Source of the DNA: Tubulanus polymorphus
Lineage: Eukaryota > Animalia > Nemertea
Length of the DNA: 64,000 nucleotides
Direction of reading: 5' to 3'
NCBI RefSeq assembly: GCF_964204645.1
Contig: NC_134025.1
Coordinates: 31,762,788 to 31,826,787 of the forward strand
Shown here one piece after another: positions 11,811 through 44,380 of this stretch (position 1 is its first letter; each line of letters starts with the position of its first letter). The notes beneath the pieces are model-generated. The model was not told where the DNA came from, did no database searches, and worked only from the letters and a program-made list of their open reading frames with translations. The position numbers and the translations under genes were made by a program.

Positions 11811-12255
11811 CAGACGTGTGGCGAAGAGTCGACATGCGCCGAATAAATCGTCACGTGGTTGTGAAGTGTTGGTATTATCGACTGTTTTTGAATTAGTTTG
11901 AAATGTAGAATCGTATCGGAGAGATCTGTATTTCTATCGGGAGGGACCGGAAGTGTATGTATTCTTCTTGTAAATCATGTGATCATTGAACATTATACAT
12001 AACTTAATTAACCCAGAGATGAAGAAACATCGCTAGGATTTTTAGAAAAAAATACAACTTATCATAAATTATCAGGACACGTATAAACAAAAACAATTTA
12101 CAATTGGCAATAAATATGCGCCATTATTCTAGTTCGCAGAAATTCCGCTATCGTTATTCATAGGGGCAGCACCGAACGGTTAAGATCTAACACTGGTGGA
12201 CGGTCCGGTGGATGTTGCCAATCCGTAATGTTCCGGTCCGTGGTCCGAATCCAAT

Positions 12256-12288
12256 ATGTCAGCGCCCATGGAAGAAAATAAACAATAA
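12256..12288 (+). promoter_or_regulatory. Upstream ORF (MSAPMEENKQ*) whose TAA overlaps the SUPT3H ATG (TAATG)
   Basis: ATG at 12256, TAA at 12286-12288, main ATG at 12288-12290. Confidence 0.5.
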
Positions 12289-14805
12289 TGGAATCGGATA
12301 GTTTGATGTCAGGTGCTGTGGTTAAAGTATCACCACACGCGTGGTTTGCATTAGAAATACAACAAATGATGTATGTTTACTGAGACTGGTAGGGTTAGGG
12401 ACTCGTCACCCCCCCCCCCCCCAGTGACACGAGCCCCTGTATGTGGTGGCCACTGCCTGATATTTTGTTGTATTAATTGTAGGCACGGTTTTGGAGATGT
12501 GCGGAAACCACTTCATGAAACTGCAGTTCTTATAGAAGAGATAACTCATCAACATATACAATCAGCTGTGAGTTGAATCCCCCACCGTACTCCCCCTCCC
12601 CTCCCCCACGGTACTCCCCCTCCCCTCCCCCACGGTACTCCCCTCCCCCTGCTGTACTATGTATTGTGTTCAATAGGTATTGAAGGTAGCTGATGTAGCT
12701 GCTATGAGAAACGCTCGTTCGATCAGTCTGGAAGATTTCCTATTTTTATTGCGTAAAGACAAAGTGAAATTAAGACGTTTAATTCGTTACATGTCGCTGA
12801 AAGATCTGAAAATGACAAAAACAGAGGATGAAGATTCCGAAGCTACAGGTATCCACACTGATCCACACCGATCCACTCTGATCCACCTCGTAATGATTTA
12901 TCTCATTGACTGGTATTATTGAATATATATTTTAGGAGTAGAATTAAAAGGTCATCCGCGAAAACGTAAAAAAATCTGTCAAGATTTCCTCAGTACTATC
13001 GACCATACAGGTTAGTATAGGGGAGAGGCCGCAGTGAGGGGGGAGAGGCCGGTGTGGGTGTGGGGGCAGGGGAGAGAGGCTGGTGTGGGGGTGGGGAGAG
13101 GCTGGTGTGGGGGTAGGGAGGAGAGGCCGGTGTGGGGGGTGGGGGAAGGGGGAGAGGCTGGTGTGGGGGTAGGGAGGAGAGGCCGGTGTGGGGGGTGGGG
13201 GCAGGGAGGAGAGGTCATTAGTTTGTACATACATGATATGTGTTGTTTGTGTTATAGGTGAATTATCAAGTTTATGCGATGATGATTCAATTGATGATAT
13301 CAAACATGAGCGTGCACTGGTAAGTGAGTGGTTTCACCAGTGCACTGGTAAGTGAGTGGTTTCACCCGTGCACTGGTAAGTGAGTGGTTTCACCAGTGCA
13401 CTGGTAAGTGAGTGGTGTTTTATTTTATAGAGAGCTGAATTACAAACTCGATCAATGGATTCTCAACAATATAAAGAATTCTGCGAAGCTCGACAAACTT
13501 CATTCAGTAAGTTTTATACCTCGTTTTGTGTTTAATCTCGTTTATATTTTGGACGCGTGATTTGTGTTTTATCTTAGGTAGAAAATACCGATCACAGAAG
13601 TTTAAAGATTGGGTTTTAACAGGATTAAATTTAGACGTTAAACCGAATGTTGCGGCGATGGAGGTTTTCAGTTATTTAACTTATGAAACGGTAGCTCAGG
13701 TAAAGTACGTGTGAACTCTCTGGACAGACGGATGCAGTTTAATCTGTTAATGTTCGATGTTTTATAGATTATAGATTTATCACTGATAGTTCGTCGAGAT
13801 AGTGAAAAAGAGATGAATAATCCGATATCAGCAGCTATCTCACATTGTATCAGTAATCACGACGCGATGGATAGTCAGAATCTTAGTTCGATATCAGCTG
13901 CATTAACAGCAGCAGCTGCAGCAGCTGCGACGAGTCACGTCAAAAAGGAACCGGTTACACCTACGGTAAATATCTCGATCGACCCGTCCCTCCCCTCCCC
14001 GTCCCTCCCTCCCCTAGGACATCTAAAAAGGTTTCTGTTGGCAATAAATTAGATGAAGTTGTATCAGTATCATCCCCCTCTATTCTGTTGTAACTAGAAT
14101 CAGATATTATTTCTGCAGAGCCCGACTACTGACTGCGCTGAGACAATCACTCAAACAAGTGCTAACTTCAAATCTAAATTCAAGAAAAGAAAGAAGGTAA
14201 ATAATAGAAAATCGAATAATGTATCAATACTGAGAGACAGCTGTATTGTATCGTATCGTATCGTATCGTATCGTATTGTATTGTATAATTACAGATTGAA
14301 GGTTCCAGTCGGCCGTTAGAACTCGGTTCTATAGCTTTACAACCTGCTGATGTTTGGGAAGCTGTCAGAAGATACAGTCAATTTATTGACTTATTCTCAT
14401 CATTTTCTGTAAGTATTTTGTATCCGAATTCAGCCACTGCGGCTACCGCGGAATTCAGCCACTGCGGTTACCGCGGAATTCAGCCACTACGGCTACCGCG
14501 GAATTCAGCCACTACGGCTACCGCGGAATTCAGCCACTGCGGCTACCGCGGAATTCAGCCACTGCGGTTACCGCGGAATTCAGCCACTACGGCTACCGCG
14601 GAATTCAGCCACTGCGGCTACCGCAGAATTCAGCCACTGCGGCTACCGCGGAATTCAGCCACTGCGGCTACCGCAGAATTCAGCCACTGCGGCTACCGCG
14701 GAATTCAGCCACTGCGACATTCAATTGCTATCGTTTACCGGAATTATGTGTTTATTTTAGAAACATTCAACATCATCTCCGAGAAATATCGTTTTATCCA
14801 TGTGA
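12288..14805 (+). CDS. SUPT3H: SAGA complex subunit SPT3 homolog, 11 coding exons
   Basis: Spliced product contains [91 protein letters not shown]; last exon 14761-14805 ends in TGA. Confidence 0.95.
13312..13416. repeat. 28-bp repeat x4 containing a SUPT3H donor site
   Basis: Unit GTGCACTG|GTAAGTGAGTGGTTTCACC(A/C); real donor at 13320. Confidence 0.92.
14426..14716. repeat. 25-bp intronic minisatellite
   Basis: Unit GAATTCAGCCACTGCGGCTACCGCG, ~12 copies. Confidence 0.95.
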
Positions 14806-15063
14806 ACGCCGAGTGATCACCATGTGAACGCCGAGTGATCGCCATGTGAACGCCGAGTGATCACCATGTGATCGCTGAGTGATCACCATGTGAACGCCGA
14901 GTGATCACCATGTGAACGCCGAGTGATCACCATGTGAAGGTCAAGTGATCACCATGTGAACGTCGAGTGATCACCATGTTCGAGTGATCACCATGATTAC
15001 CATGTGAACACAGAGTGATCGCCATGTGAACGCCGAAAGATCACCGTGTGATCACTGCGTGAA
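14799..15063. repeat. 22-bp minisatellite starting at the SUPT3H stop codon
   Basis: Unit CATGTGAACGCCGAGTGATCAC, ~12 copies, decaying distally. Confidence 0.9.
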
Positions 15064-15766
15064 CTCTGTATTTAACCTCTGCGTGTATAACTTGTAATAT
15101 GAACTGCACATGAAACGCTGGAAGTGACTTCAATGAAATAAGATTGAAAAATGTATTACAGATATATTCTGTAGGAGAAATTATTTATTACTCCATAAAA
15201 TAAAATAAATATATTTCATATAGATTTCAACAGTTGACTAGATGATATTATCTTATATAAGGAATGGTATATAATCCCTCACTTGCCAGTGTCAGTACCG
15301 TTACCGATGGAAGGAGATTACGCAGGATATCATAGGAGCAGACCACATGACTAGATATCGATTAAATGCCATTTGTTTAATACCATTGAAACCCCTTTAC
15401 ATTACATACAAACATATCTAAACTGAGGGGTGACTCCAAAAAGGAGGGGATGACTCCACTATTGTGGTCAACTAGAATACACATGACTAAACTGAGGGGC
15501 GACTCCAAAAAGGAGGGGATGACTCCACTATTGTGGTCAACTAGAATAAACATGACTTAACTGAGGGGTGACTCCCGCACTGTGGGGTCAAAGAAAACTA
15601 GAATAAACTCTAAACAAAAATATTTCACAACAAAAACAACACTTCAAACAATCACAACTCTGGATACTCTTAACTCACTTTGATACTCATCACTGATACT
15701 CATCACTCTGATACTCATCACTCTGATACTCATCACTCTGATATTGGCAATTATTTGTTCATTAAA

Positions 15767-35105
<19,339 letters not shown>

Positions 35106-35173
35106 GATTTCACTGGCTATTTCTGATCTGTCAAATCAAATCATCTCCTTTCTTCATTTCCGGGTTCGTTTAA

Positions 35174-35182
35174 CCGGAAGTG
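35174..35182. promoter_or_regulatory. ETS-type motif CCGGAAGTG in the likely ARFGEF3 promoter
   Basis: About 70 bp upstream of the ATG, with a second TTCCGG near 35158. Confidence 0.35.
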
Positions 35183-38100
35183 GACAATACGTAGTTCCAT
35201 CACACTATTATACGAAGCCGACACCGGACGCAGGAACGGACAGCAATCCTGAGCGACATGAAATAACGGATGCTTCACAATTTGACTGAGGCCGTGCGGC
35301 CGTATTTATTACTGTCTTACGCAGTATATGATATGATATAAATGTGTAAGGTTTTCTGACTCTCATTCTCAACTGAGGAACTATTTTATAGTAGCAATTG
35401 AGTTCTGCTCGTTTCAGGCGCCAACACTAGGAAAACTACGTTTAGTATTCAACAGGCGGCCAACACTAAGGTTTCTGCGTCTAGTAAAATGGTCATCATT
35501 CAAGAAGTCAAAAGTATAAATCATATCAAACCCTAATATAAACCATTACTATCGATGCAGATGGGGTATTTAACCCGGCGGCTACACTGGATGTTAGCTG
35601 GGTGTCTTCTCTGATGTTTTTATGTTTATTTTAGGATGTTGCGCTACAAAACACTGGAGTCATCAGGAACTTCAAGAAGAAATCATTTTTAGCAATGAAG
35701 TGACCAGGCGATCATTCAATTCATGTAGATATATATCTTAGCAAATTTCGAAGTGTTCCCAACTTTTATCGTGAACCCTGGAACTAAATTGTAGAGGATA
35801 AATTGATCAATTAACCGTGAGGTCTTGTATGGAAAAAGATTTTAACATGAAAATTCTTGGCACTCAAATCATCTTGAATTTTGTTGAATCTGTGTTTATT
35901 TTCAATGTTTCTTTTTTTCATTTCAACTTTCTAGTCTAACACTAGAGTTTTGTTTATTCTACTCAAAAGAAGGTGATGTTTAGATCAGGTTCGTTTAGTT
36001 ACTCTTATTTATATCGAATATTTGAAATGATTTTTGTGAATTGCTCTAATGATGTTATAATGAATGTTGTTTGATTTATTTTCAGTCAAGGATCTCAATT
36101 ACTGAAACCTGCGACGCCTGGTTAAACGAATGAATCATCGATTCTAAATCACTGTGTAGGGATGTCCCAGCTTCGAACCCAGGATTCTGATCAGATGATG
36201 AACCAAGGTGTCTAATTATTTCACATCAGTGACTACATGTTCGCCACCTATTGGAGTTTTGCTGAACCACTATATTCCTGGAATAGCTAATAGTGACGAT
36301 TGGCAATGAGTTATACATCGCAGGCGCCATCTATCGGAAATTTGAGTTGTGAACTTCTTTTGATCTGAACACATTGTATCACAAAATCTGAGTGACTAAA
36401 AGCCTTCCAGGGATGGGACAGTGAAGTTTACCATCAGTACTGAGATGATTTTGATAAAACCAGTGTCTCTAAAACTTTGCATCATTCAAAATCTACTCAA
36501 CAAATATATAAACAAACTACAAACCAAATTCAAGAATCTAGAGGGCTTCATTTCTGAATGATTGTTTGTTTTGACTGATGCGTTGCCATGGTGATGGCAA
36601 GGTGAATTTCTGGATCCGATGTCTGGAAAATTAGTAATTCCTCAAAACAGAGCCAAATTTCATACTGAAATCAATAACTACACTTATTTTCGTTGATATA
36701 ATAGTGAAATGAATTTATTTGAGCAAAATATTTCATAGAAATATGAAACTTGACCTCGAATGATGATACTGGAGGCCGTAATGTTGAGTCCGGGTGACCC
36801 TAGATACTTCAGACCGCACAGATGATGATGATTAAAACTGTCATGAAAACTGTGTTCTCCCCTTCTTCAGAATCAAGCTATAAATTAAGAAAAGATATTT
36901 GCATTATTTACTTAAAAAGTGTCATTATTGCTTAGGCTACATTCTGCTTTCATCAATATCAATATCTATAAGCCTATGTGCCCCTAGAGGAACCTTATCT
37001 ATTTTCTGAATTGATAATCAATGGAGTTTCAATGCACCTTATTTCTCATGCATCATGGGAAATATAGAATGAAATTTATTCAATGAATTAAACTCTGTGT
37101 CCGTGATTCGAACCCTGTAACTTGCCATTGGATGTTGAAGGAGAGGATTTTTCCCGGGTTCCAGCGTCCGCATATTTGACACCAAATTTCACAAAATTTT
37201 CTTTCCATACAAAAACTAACTCATTTTTACTATAGAATCAATCTTATATAGGTCTATATATTGTTAATGGAAATAAATAGAAATATATTAATAAAGATAA
37301 AGAGACGATTATTTCTCGATATTATGGTCTTCTTTTCCCTGCTTAGGATAGCGGACACACAGCAGGAAAACTGGAATAATCATTTGTCACATCCCAAACA
37401 CCCCCGTCCCCAGACGCCCATCCGCATGTGGTATAAGTCAAACCTCGGACTACATTAATCGCTACCTGGGTTCAAGTTGACATGTTTGATTGAGTTTGAA
37501 CACTTATTCGATCAGTAACTTTGAGCCTTTATTTCGGCTTCTCTTGCCCCATCCCCGACCGGTACATTGCGCCTAATTGTATATCAAAGGAGTCTCATCT
37601 ACGAACCTGTTGTTGTACGTTCGTCGCCCGATAGAATTGAGAGAATTTTGCCCTCCATATGATTTCTACATAATGATATGCTGCAGTCACATGTATCATA
37701 TTATCTCATGCGCGACGCCGTCTCTATAATGATATCACAAACATAGACCCGTCCAGTGAGAGGGTAGTCGCATCTTGAAGTTCCTTTTTTACAGATATCA
37801 TTAAAAACGGCGATAAACCTTTATAAACACCCCTAAAACCTCAATCAGTATAGTATCGAGGATGAAACTATCCCCGGCTCGATATTTCAAGATATATGTA
37901 ACAAATGGACCCATCCCGCATCCCGCTGTCACAATAGCTCATCCCCCTATTGTTACAACACAATAGAACACGCCACAATTGAAATATCCCGCGCACTAGC
38001 AATAGACGATACCCCCCAATTGAGATCGATTAGCCAATCAGCGGCCGCGTACTGAAGCGTGCCTGGGCTTGTCGCAGGCGCCGGGAAATTCGATGTCATC

Positions 38101-38914
38101 GAATAAATCGTAATATCAGTCGAATCGTGCGCCATCTTTCGCTATTCTGATTGGATTTTACTCGCAAAGGAATTAATCCAATCGGGAATCGTATGCTCAT
38201 TACGGAGAAATTGTTTTTGGAAAGTTTTAAGATTGTATGAACTGAAAAAATTGGAACATTTTCAACCGAACTTTGATAGAAAATTTCGCCTGAAAACTAG
38301 ATTTTAAAGACTCGGACACGGAATTAAATTGACTCAGGATTGGATTAACTAACTGGATCAGGTCGGAAACTGGTGAAAAGTTGCAGTTTTGTAGGTAGGA
38401 AAATTTCTTAATATCAACGAATGTAATCATGTTATTTAGGTTTTTATAGGGAAATATATTATTATCATTATAGGAAGTTTACAAATATCTTAAACATTCA
38501 GAACGTAGGACATAGAACTTCACTACCCGAATTATATACGTAATCTAGTATATAGTTCGTTAATACGTTTCCAAAACTTTCAGCCGTTTATTTTTCTTAC
38601 CGATTCTAAATACCCCTCCTTTTCAAATGGGCTAGATATAATATTTATATTTTGTTTTTATGGGTGACTTTTGCATGAAACTTATTTTTCCTAAGTCACT
38701 TGAACGTGATGATGTTGAGCAGCAGGGCTTTCAAAATATAAGTCAGCCGTCGCATCCTACTCTAGTAGGAATCCTGCGACGGCTATGAAATACCTCGTCT
38801 GAGGAATACAGATTTTTCATAAGTCAAATTTCATTCATCACTCAACACTAGTTTGTTAGAAATTAATAACTCTACCAACATTAGAGCTTTATATAAGGAG
38901 AGTAAATGGTATGA

Positions 38915-39090
38915 TAGAATCTCCCTAATTCCGATCATTGGGACCAACAAAAATTCATCCGTTTTACGGCAAATCCGGATTAAAAGTCATTTTCGTGTAT
39001 ATTAATGATTAAATTGACTGTAAATATTATCCGGATTAGACAAAAATTCGGATTAAGCCGATGCGGATTAAACGATTTAGTTTGACTGTA
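38915..39090. mobile_element. Degenerate Tc1/mariner-type MITE (also in copies 2 and 3)
   Basis: Right end TTTGACTGTA, repeated CCGGATTA motifs, left end TAGAATCTCCCTAATTCCG. Confidence 0.4.
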
Positions 39091-39342
39091 TTAGCCAATA
39101 GAATCAGTCTTGGAATACAGAAAGACGTTCACGATTGAGTTATGTACAAATACCGATATGAGAAAAGCTTAGATTCACCTCCTAAGCCATCACCCATGGA
39201 ACTGGCCCCAGGGCACTAAAAAGGCAATTACCAAGAAACAAACACTGACGCGAGTGTTGGCCTGTTTGATAAACGCAGTAACCCTAGTGTTGGCCTTGTA
39301 CCACACTGACCACACATATTCACAAACTCGGTCAGTCACCAG

Positions 39343-39450
39343 AACTCGGCGGTCTAGTGGTTAGCGTGCTCGGCTGGCATGCTGGAGGGCGCAGGTTCGA
39401 GTCCTGCTAGGGTTAGGGTTACGGTCGATCTAGGTTTAGGGTTAAGGGTT
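39343..39450 (+). mobile_element. tRNA(Ala)-like element with telomeric blocks, array copy 1
   Basis: A box CGGTCTAGTGG, loop CTGGCAT, T arm GCAGG-TTCGAGT-CCTGC, then TAGGGTTAGGGTTA. Confidence 0.6.
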
Positions 39451-39654
39451 ATATATTTTGAACACAAATATTTGCTTTATCCTTAGAAGCCACTTTATTT
39501 AAAAGATACTTCGCTCGATACAGTAGTTTATTTCTGAATGAATGAAAGAGTTGGTGACATTATTTAATATATATAAAAACCACAATATCTACTTTACGGT
39601 TGGTATGCAACAATTTCCACTCTTTTCCATATAGGTGTCGCTTTGGATAAATGT

Positions 39655-40610
39655 CTATATCTCTTGACCCAATGGACCGATTACGATTAAACTTGATACA
39701 CAGGAACTTTTATCAAGTAGCACTCGGGGTGGGTGAAATCGCTCTAGGTTGAAGTTACACTGTCCTAAAATGGCTCCAAACAACGTGAAATTGGTAGTTA
39801 GGCCTACTACGAGTACGGGTAGAACACAGTTTGAAATCGTATCGTTGTAGGTTATCGTAAAGAAGATGAATCCGTAGGCACCTAATACGACGATTAACAG
39901 TACAAATATCGATATAGACACGGTTTTAGTCGAGACATTGATCGCCGGGTTTAAACATTCCTGGATATGACCATGTTTCACAATAAAATTCATCTTCTAA
40001 ATGAGGACGACCATCGATCAGGTGTCTAATCGCATCATAATGGGTACGGGGTGTCCCGCGTTCGAACCAAGTAATTACTGATTCTGGTTCAGAAAGGTCC
40101 TGATGCTGATTAGATGATGTACAGGGGTGTCCCGGGTTCGAACTCAGTAGTGGTCCAAGTTGTCCTGATGCTGAATAGAGGATAAACAGCAGTGTCCCGA
40201 CCGTACGGTGCTGCCGCAATGCTCATCGTTAGCGGGATTTCCGTACACTAACTGAAGTCAACTCTGGCAATCGTCGTGCTGTCCAGTTATACTCCGTAAC
40301 CCTTGCTTGCCAGAGTTGACTAACGTTAGTGTATAAAAATCCCGCTACCGATGAGCATAGGGGCAGCACCGTACGGTAAAATGTTGATGTCTTAACAAAA
40401 GTAATTACTGATAACTGATTCAGAGAGGTCCTGATGCTGAATATAAGATGTACAGGGGTATCCCGGGTTCGAACCCAGTAATCACGGATACTGATTTTGA
40501 GTGGTCCTGATGCTAATTAGATGATGTACAGCGGTGTCCCGGGTCCAACCCAGTAGTGGTCCCACTGTTGTCCTGATGCTGAATAGAGGATGTACGTACA
40601 GGGGTGTCTA
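39655..40610 (-). pseudogene. Disrupted coding-like segment: peptide repeats followed by two hydrophobic helices (copies at 51186-52030 and 62549-63500)
   Basis: ORF ..SISIFVLLIVVLGAYGFIFFTITY..CVLPVLVVGLTTNFTLFGAIL is preceded in shifting frames by repeats such as PCTSSNQHQDLSEPESVIT; it is interrupted by a hairpin element and truncated in copy 2. Confidence 0.4.
40200..40377. mobile_element. 178-bp fold-back element (copies 51692-51869, 63093-63270)
   Basis: ~70-bp imperfect inverted arms starting ACCGTACGGTGCTGCC, ~35-nt loop. Confidence 0.7.
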
Positions 40611-43584
40611 TTCTAGGTTGTTTCTTGAAAAATGATAAAATAACGCACAAATGACTTACAGCAACATTATATATATTTATTCCTCATTGTCGTGTAATGT
40701 ACCTGCCTTTTTAAGAATAGTAGTTGGTCAATCGAATTGAAACCCTCGCATACCAGGGTAAAAAAGAATAAATGAATCCCTCGAGTGGACACCAGGGGTC
40801 GCAGTTTCACAAAAAACGATGCATTTTTTAAATGAATTTGTGAAGAAATTTAATCTGGATCAAATCTCATAAAAAAGACAAAACAGATGAACTCTTCTTT
40901 TTTGTTAATCTTTGATGATAATTAATCCGTCGGTAGGATTTGGTTTATGATGCGGGTTTCAATCAGATTTAGATGCTGCAGTTTCGCACATTGAATAGCG
41001 AGTATTTAAAACTGTCGAATCCAGTTTCACAGAGAAAGTATGAATCAATTTCAACTTGGATTTATCTTTTCTTCAAAATAAAATGTTTGAACGCAATTGG
41101 TTCGTGAAACTCTATACCCTAGGCTAAGTTTCTTCAAAAATATTCATTCATTGAGGTGGTAAACTCGAATTGAGTTGAATTGAGTAAAAGTTTTTTGAGT
41201 AAATTATTGCTATGAAACTGAACCCGTGGGATTTACGTGGGACGCACTGAGTGTGTGCGAAACTGCTGGCGTCTGTAATCACAACTAAAACAACACAGAA
41301 AATTCATCTTTATTTCAAATAAAACAGAGCAACAGTTCACACGAAATATTATAGTCACATGATACAGAAAACCTGTCGATATTTCAACTTTATGGTTTCA
41401 TTGATTGAGTTACTTAAAACATGTCCATCATTATACAATATGTGTATCATACAATTTTTTACAAAACCAAACCAATAAAACTGGGTCGTGGGGTACAAAC
41501 AATTACAAACTAATGCAACCAGTTATCGCTGCTTTACAGCTACATTTAATCTTCAATTTCAATTTTCACTAAAACTTTAAAACCCACTATATAGCAATTT
41601 AATAGAAGTAAAAGAGACAACATTTTGGAGTCTCTGTAGAGACCATCATCAAGTCTGAAGAATAACTAAAACAGGGAAAAACAAGTTAATTGGGAAAGTA
41701 AAGCGAGTGTTCAGTGTTAAGGTTGAGAGGTTTTGTTATTTTGTGCGTATAGGTCGTTCTAGTTATTTCTTCATTATACTTTTATTATTTTGATTCTGAT
41801 TCTTGATAAATGAATTTTGCCTTTTAAATTTGCATTATAGCGGGGTTTAAATTATATATTCTATGCCCGAGTCAGGCTATTATTCTATTAGCAAAAATGA
41901 CACCACAGCTTTGAGAGATCAGGGGATCAGGGGATGACTCTATTGTTTTTATGGATATGTGATACACAGTCCATCAAACCATCATAAACAGAACAACAGT
42001 AGGCTGCCCATGCCGGTCGGCACATATGAACAATATTCATTTGGCTTTAAAGTTAAAAATTGCAGATCTGAAACAAGTGGCAGCATATCAATCTCCAGGT
42101 AGATGGCTGGTCGCTGTCCCTGTCAAATGGCAAATTGGTCCCGATCCCCACTTCGTCCTAGAATAGAGAAAACTTGCGTCAGCAAACATTACATTGAAAA
42201 TGTTCGATTGAATTAACAGTCAAGTGGGTATTGTTTTCATGAAATATATCGGAAACTATAACTTATAATTACCTTATAATTCTTGATAATTCAACGCCAT
42301 TATTCAATCTTTGATCACTATTCAAACTGTTCTATTGGACAAATTTCATGCTGCAAAAAATCATTGTACTATGAAAATACTAAGTAATGTATTTATAGCA
42401 GTCTGAAATTGGGGCTAAATTCTATTAGAAAATCAATCATTTTCAAACTTGTGTTTAGCAGAATTAAGCAGCATCAGCTGCAGCAGCATCAGCCGCACTT
42501 CTTTCCGGAGAATCACACATAAAAATTCTCTACAGAATAATTAAATGTTAGAATATTATGAAATTAGAGCACAGTGGAGTGATGAAAGACTCACCATTTC
42601 TAAACTCATATCAGATAAGTTCAGTGCCATCTAGCAGGATTTCACTTCCAACAGTCATAATGTCATGAAGTTAAGAGAACTGATGATTTTCTGAGAAAAT
42701 AAATTCTTAAAACGATAGCAGCAGCTTCAGCAACTAGAGCTTCTTTACTCTTTGAAGATGAATATTTTTAATTTCTCCAGTTCCAAAAAGTGTTGGGCGT
42801 ATTGCATTCTGGAAAGAGAAAATTATGCCAGAAAATGGTTAATGAAATAGATAGAAACTGCAACTGTTCGATTGACAGAAAACCTACCGGGTTAATGAGT
42901 AGTTTATCACAATGTGTCGAGTATATGCAGATTTCTGAGAGGTTTGATGGTAGCTTTAGACTGCGTCCTCAAGTAAAACGTTAATACCTGCCAACATTGA
43001 CCGATCAAAACATCATTTTCTGGACTTGATTTGAAGATCACCACAAATTACTGCAATAAATCGATATAAAACTCACCGTTTCTGACTTGTTTGATTTGTG
43101 GAGCGCAATGTTTACTGCAAGTTCAGCTTTATTTTGGACCCTAGAATACAAAAGTTGTATAATTTTGATGATTCGAACTTTCACCAGAATAGAAGTGATT
43201 GAAAATTCGCCTTCACTGATTAATGTAGCTTCTAATCAGGAAATGAGTTTATAAATGTACAGTCAAACAGAGACTAGAATCTGTAGAGATATTTACCGGT
43301 ACCGTATTGGTTTTGAGGATCTAAAGCGATGTCCATCTTAAACAAATGTGAAGTGAATTCCCAATGTTTACTGTTCACAGATTCTATCAAGGGTTCCAGT
43401 TATTTCAGCTCCTAAATACAAATTTTAGAAATTGTCAGTTAAGTTGTTATGAAATAAGAGCAGTTTCACAAAAAAATCAAACTAAGCCGTGATCTTTGGT
43501 GATTGAATGCTGGAAACATAAACAGATAGAATAATTTATATAGAACAGTTCTCTAAAAATAATGATTTCCAAACAGGTTTTACC

Positions 43585-44380
43585 GGCTGCTGCTGCTGCT
43601 GTTGCTTCTGCTGGTGGCGCTGTTGCTGCATGGTGCTGGTACTGCAGGTACTGCCAGTGCTGCTGTTGCAGCTGCTGGTGCTGCTGTTGTTGCATGGTGC
43701 TGGTACTGCAGGTACTGCCAGTGCTGCTGTTGCAGCTGCTGGTGCTGCTGTTGCTGCATGGTGCTGGTACTGCAGGTACTGCCAGTGCTGCTGTTGCAGC
43801 TGCTGGTGGCGCTGTTGCTGCATGGTGCTAGTACTGCAGGTACTGCCAGTGCTGCTGTTGCAGCTGCTGGTGGCGCTGTTGCTGCATGGTGCTAGTACTG
43901 CAGGTACTGCCAGTGCTGCTGTTGCTTCTGCTGGTGGCGCTGTTGCTGCATGGTGCTAGTACTGCGGGTACTGCCAGTGCTGCTGTTGCTGCTGCTGGTG
44001 GCGCTGTTGCTGCATGGTGCTGGTACTGCAGGTACTGCTAGTGCTGCTGTTGCAGCTGCTGGTGGCGCTGTTGCTGTATGGTGCTGGTACTGCAGGTACT
44101 GCCAGTGCTGCTGTTGCAGCTGCTGGTGGCGCTGTTGCTGTATGGTGCTGGTACTGCGGGTACTGCCAGTGCTGCTGCTGGTGGCGCTGTTGCTGTATGG
44201 TGCTGGTACTGCGGGTACTGCCAGTGCTGCTGTTGCAGCTGCTGGTGGCGCTGTTGCTGTATGGTGCTGGTACTGCGGGTACTGCCAGTGCTGCTGTTGC
44301 AGCTGCTGGTGGCGCTGTTGCTGTATGGTGCTGGTACTGCGGGTACTGCGGGTACTGCCAGTGCTGCTGTTGCTGCTGCG
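43585..44380. repeat. 64-bp CTG-rich minisatellite, ~12 copies (~7 copies at 55060-55487)
   Basis: Unit GCTGCTGTTGCAGCTGCTGGTGGCGCTGTTGCTGCATGGTGCTGGTACTGCAGGTACTGCCAGT. Confidence 0.95.

Noticed and set aside
10838-11901. Repeat-protein ORFs of 314-338 aa
   Set aside because: The 30-bp unit is stop-free in several frames on both strands; no splice or domain support.
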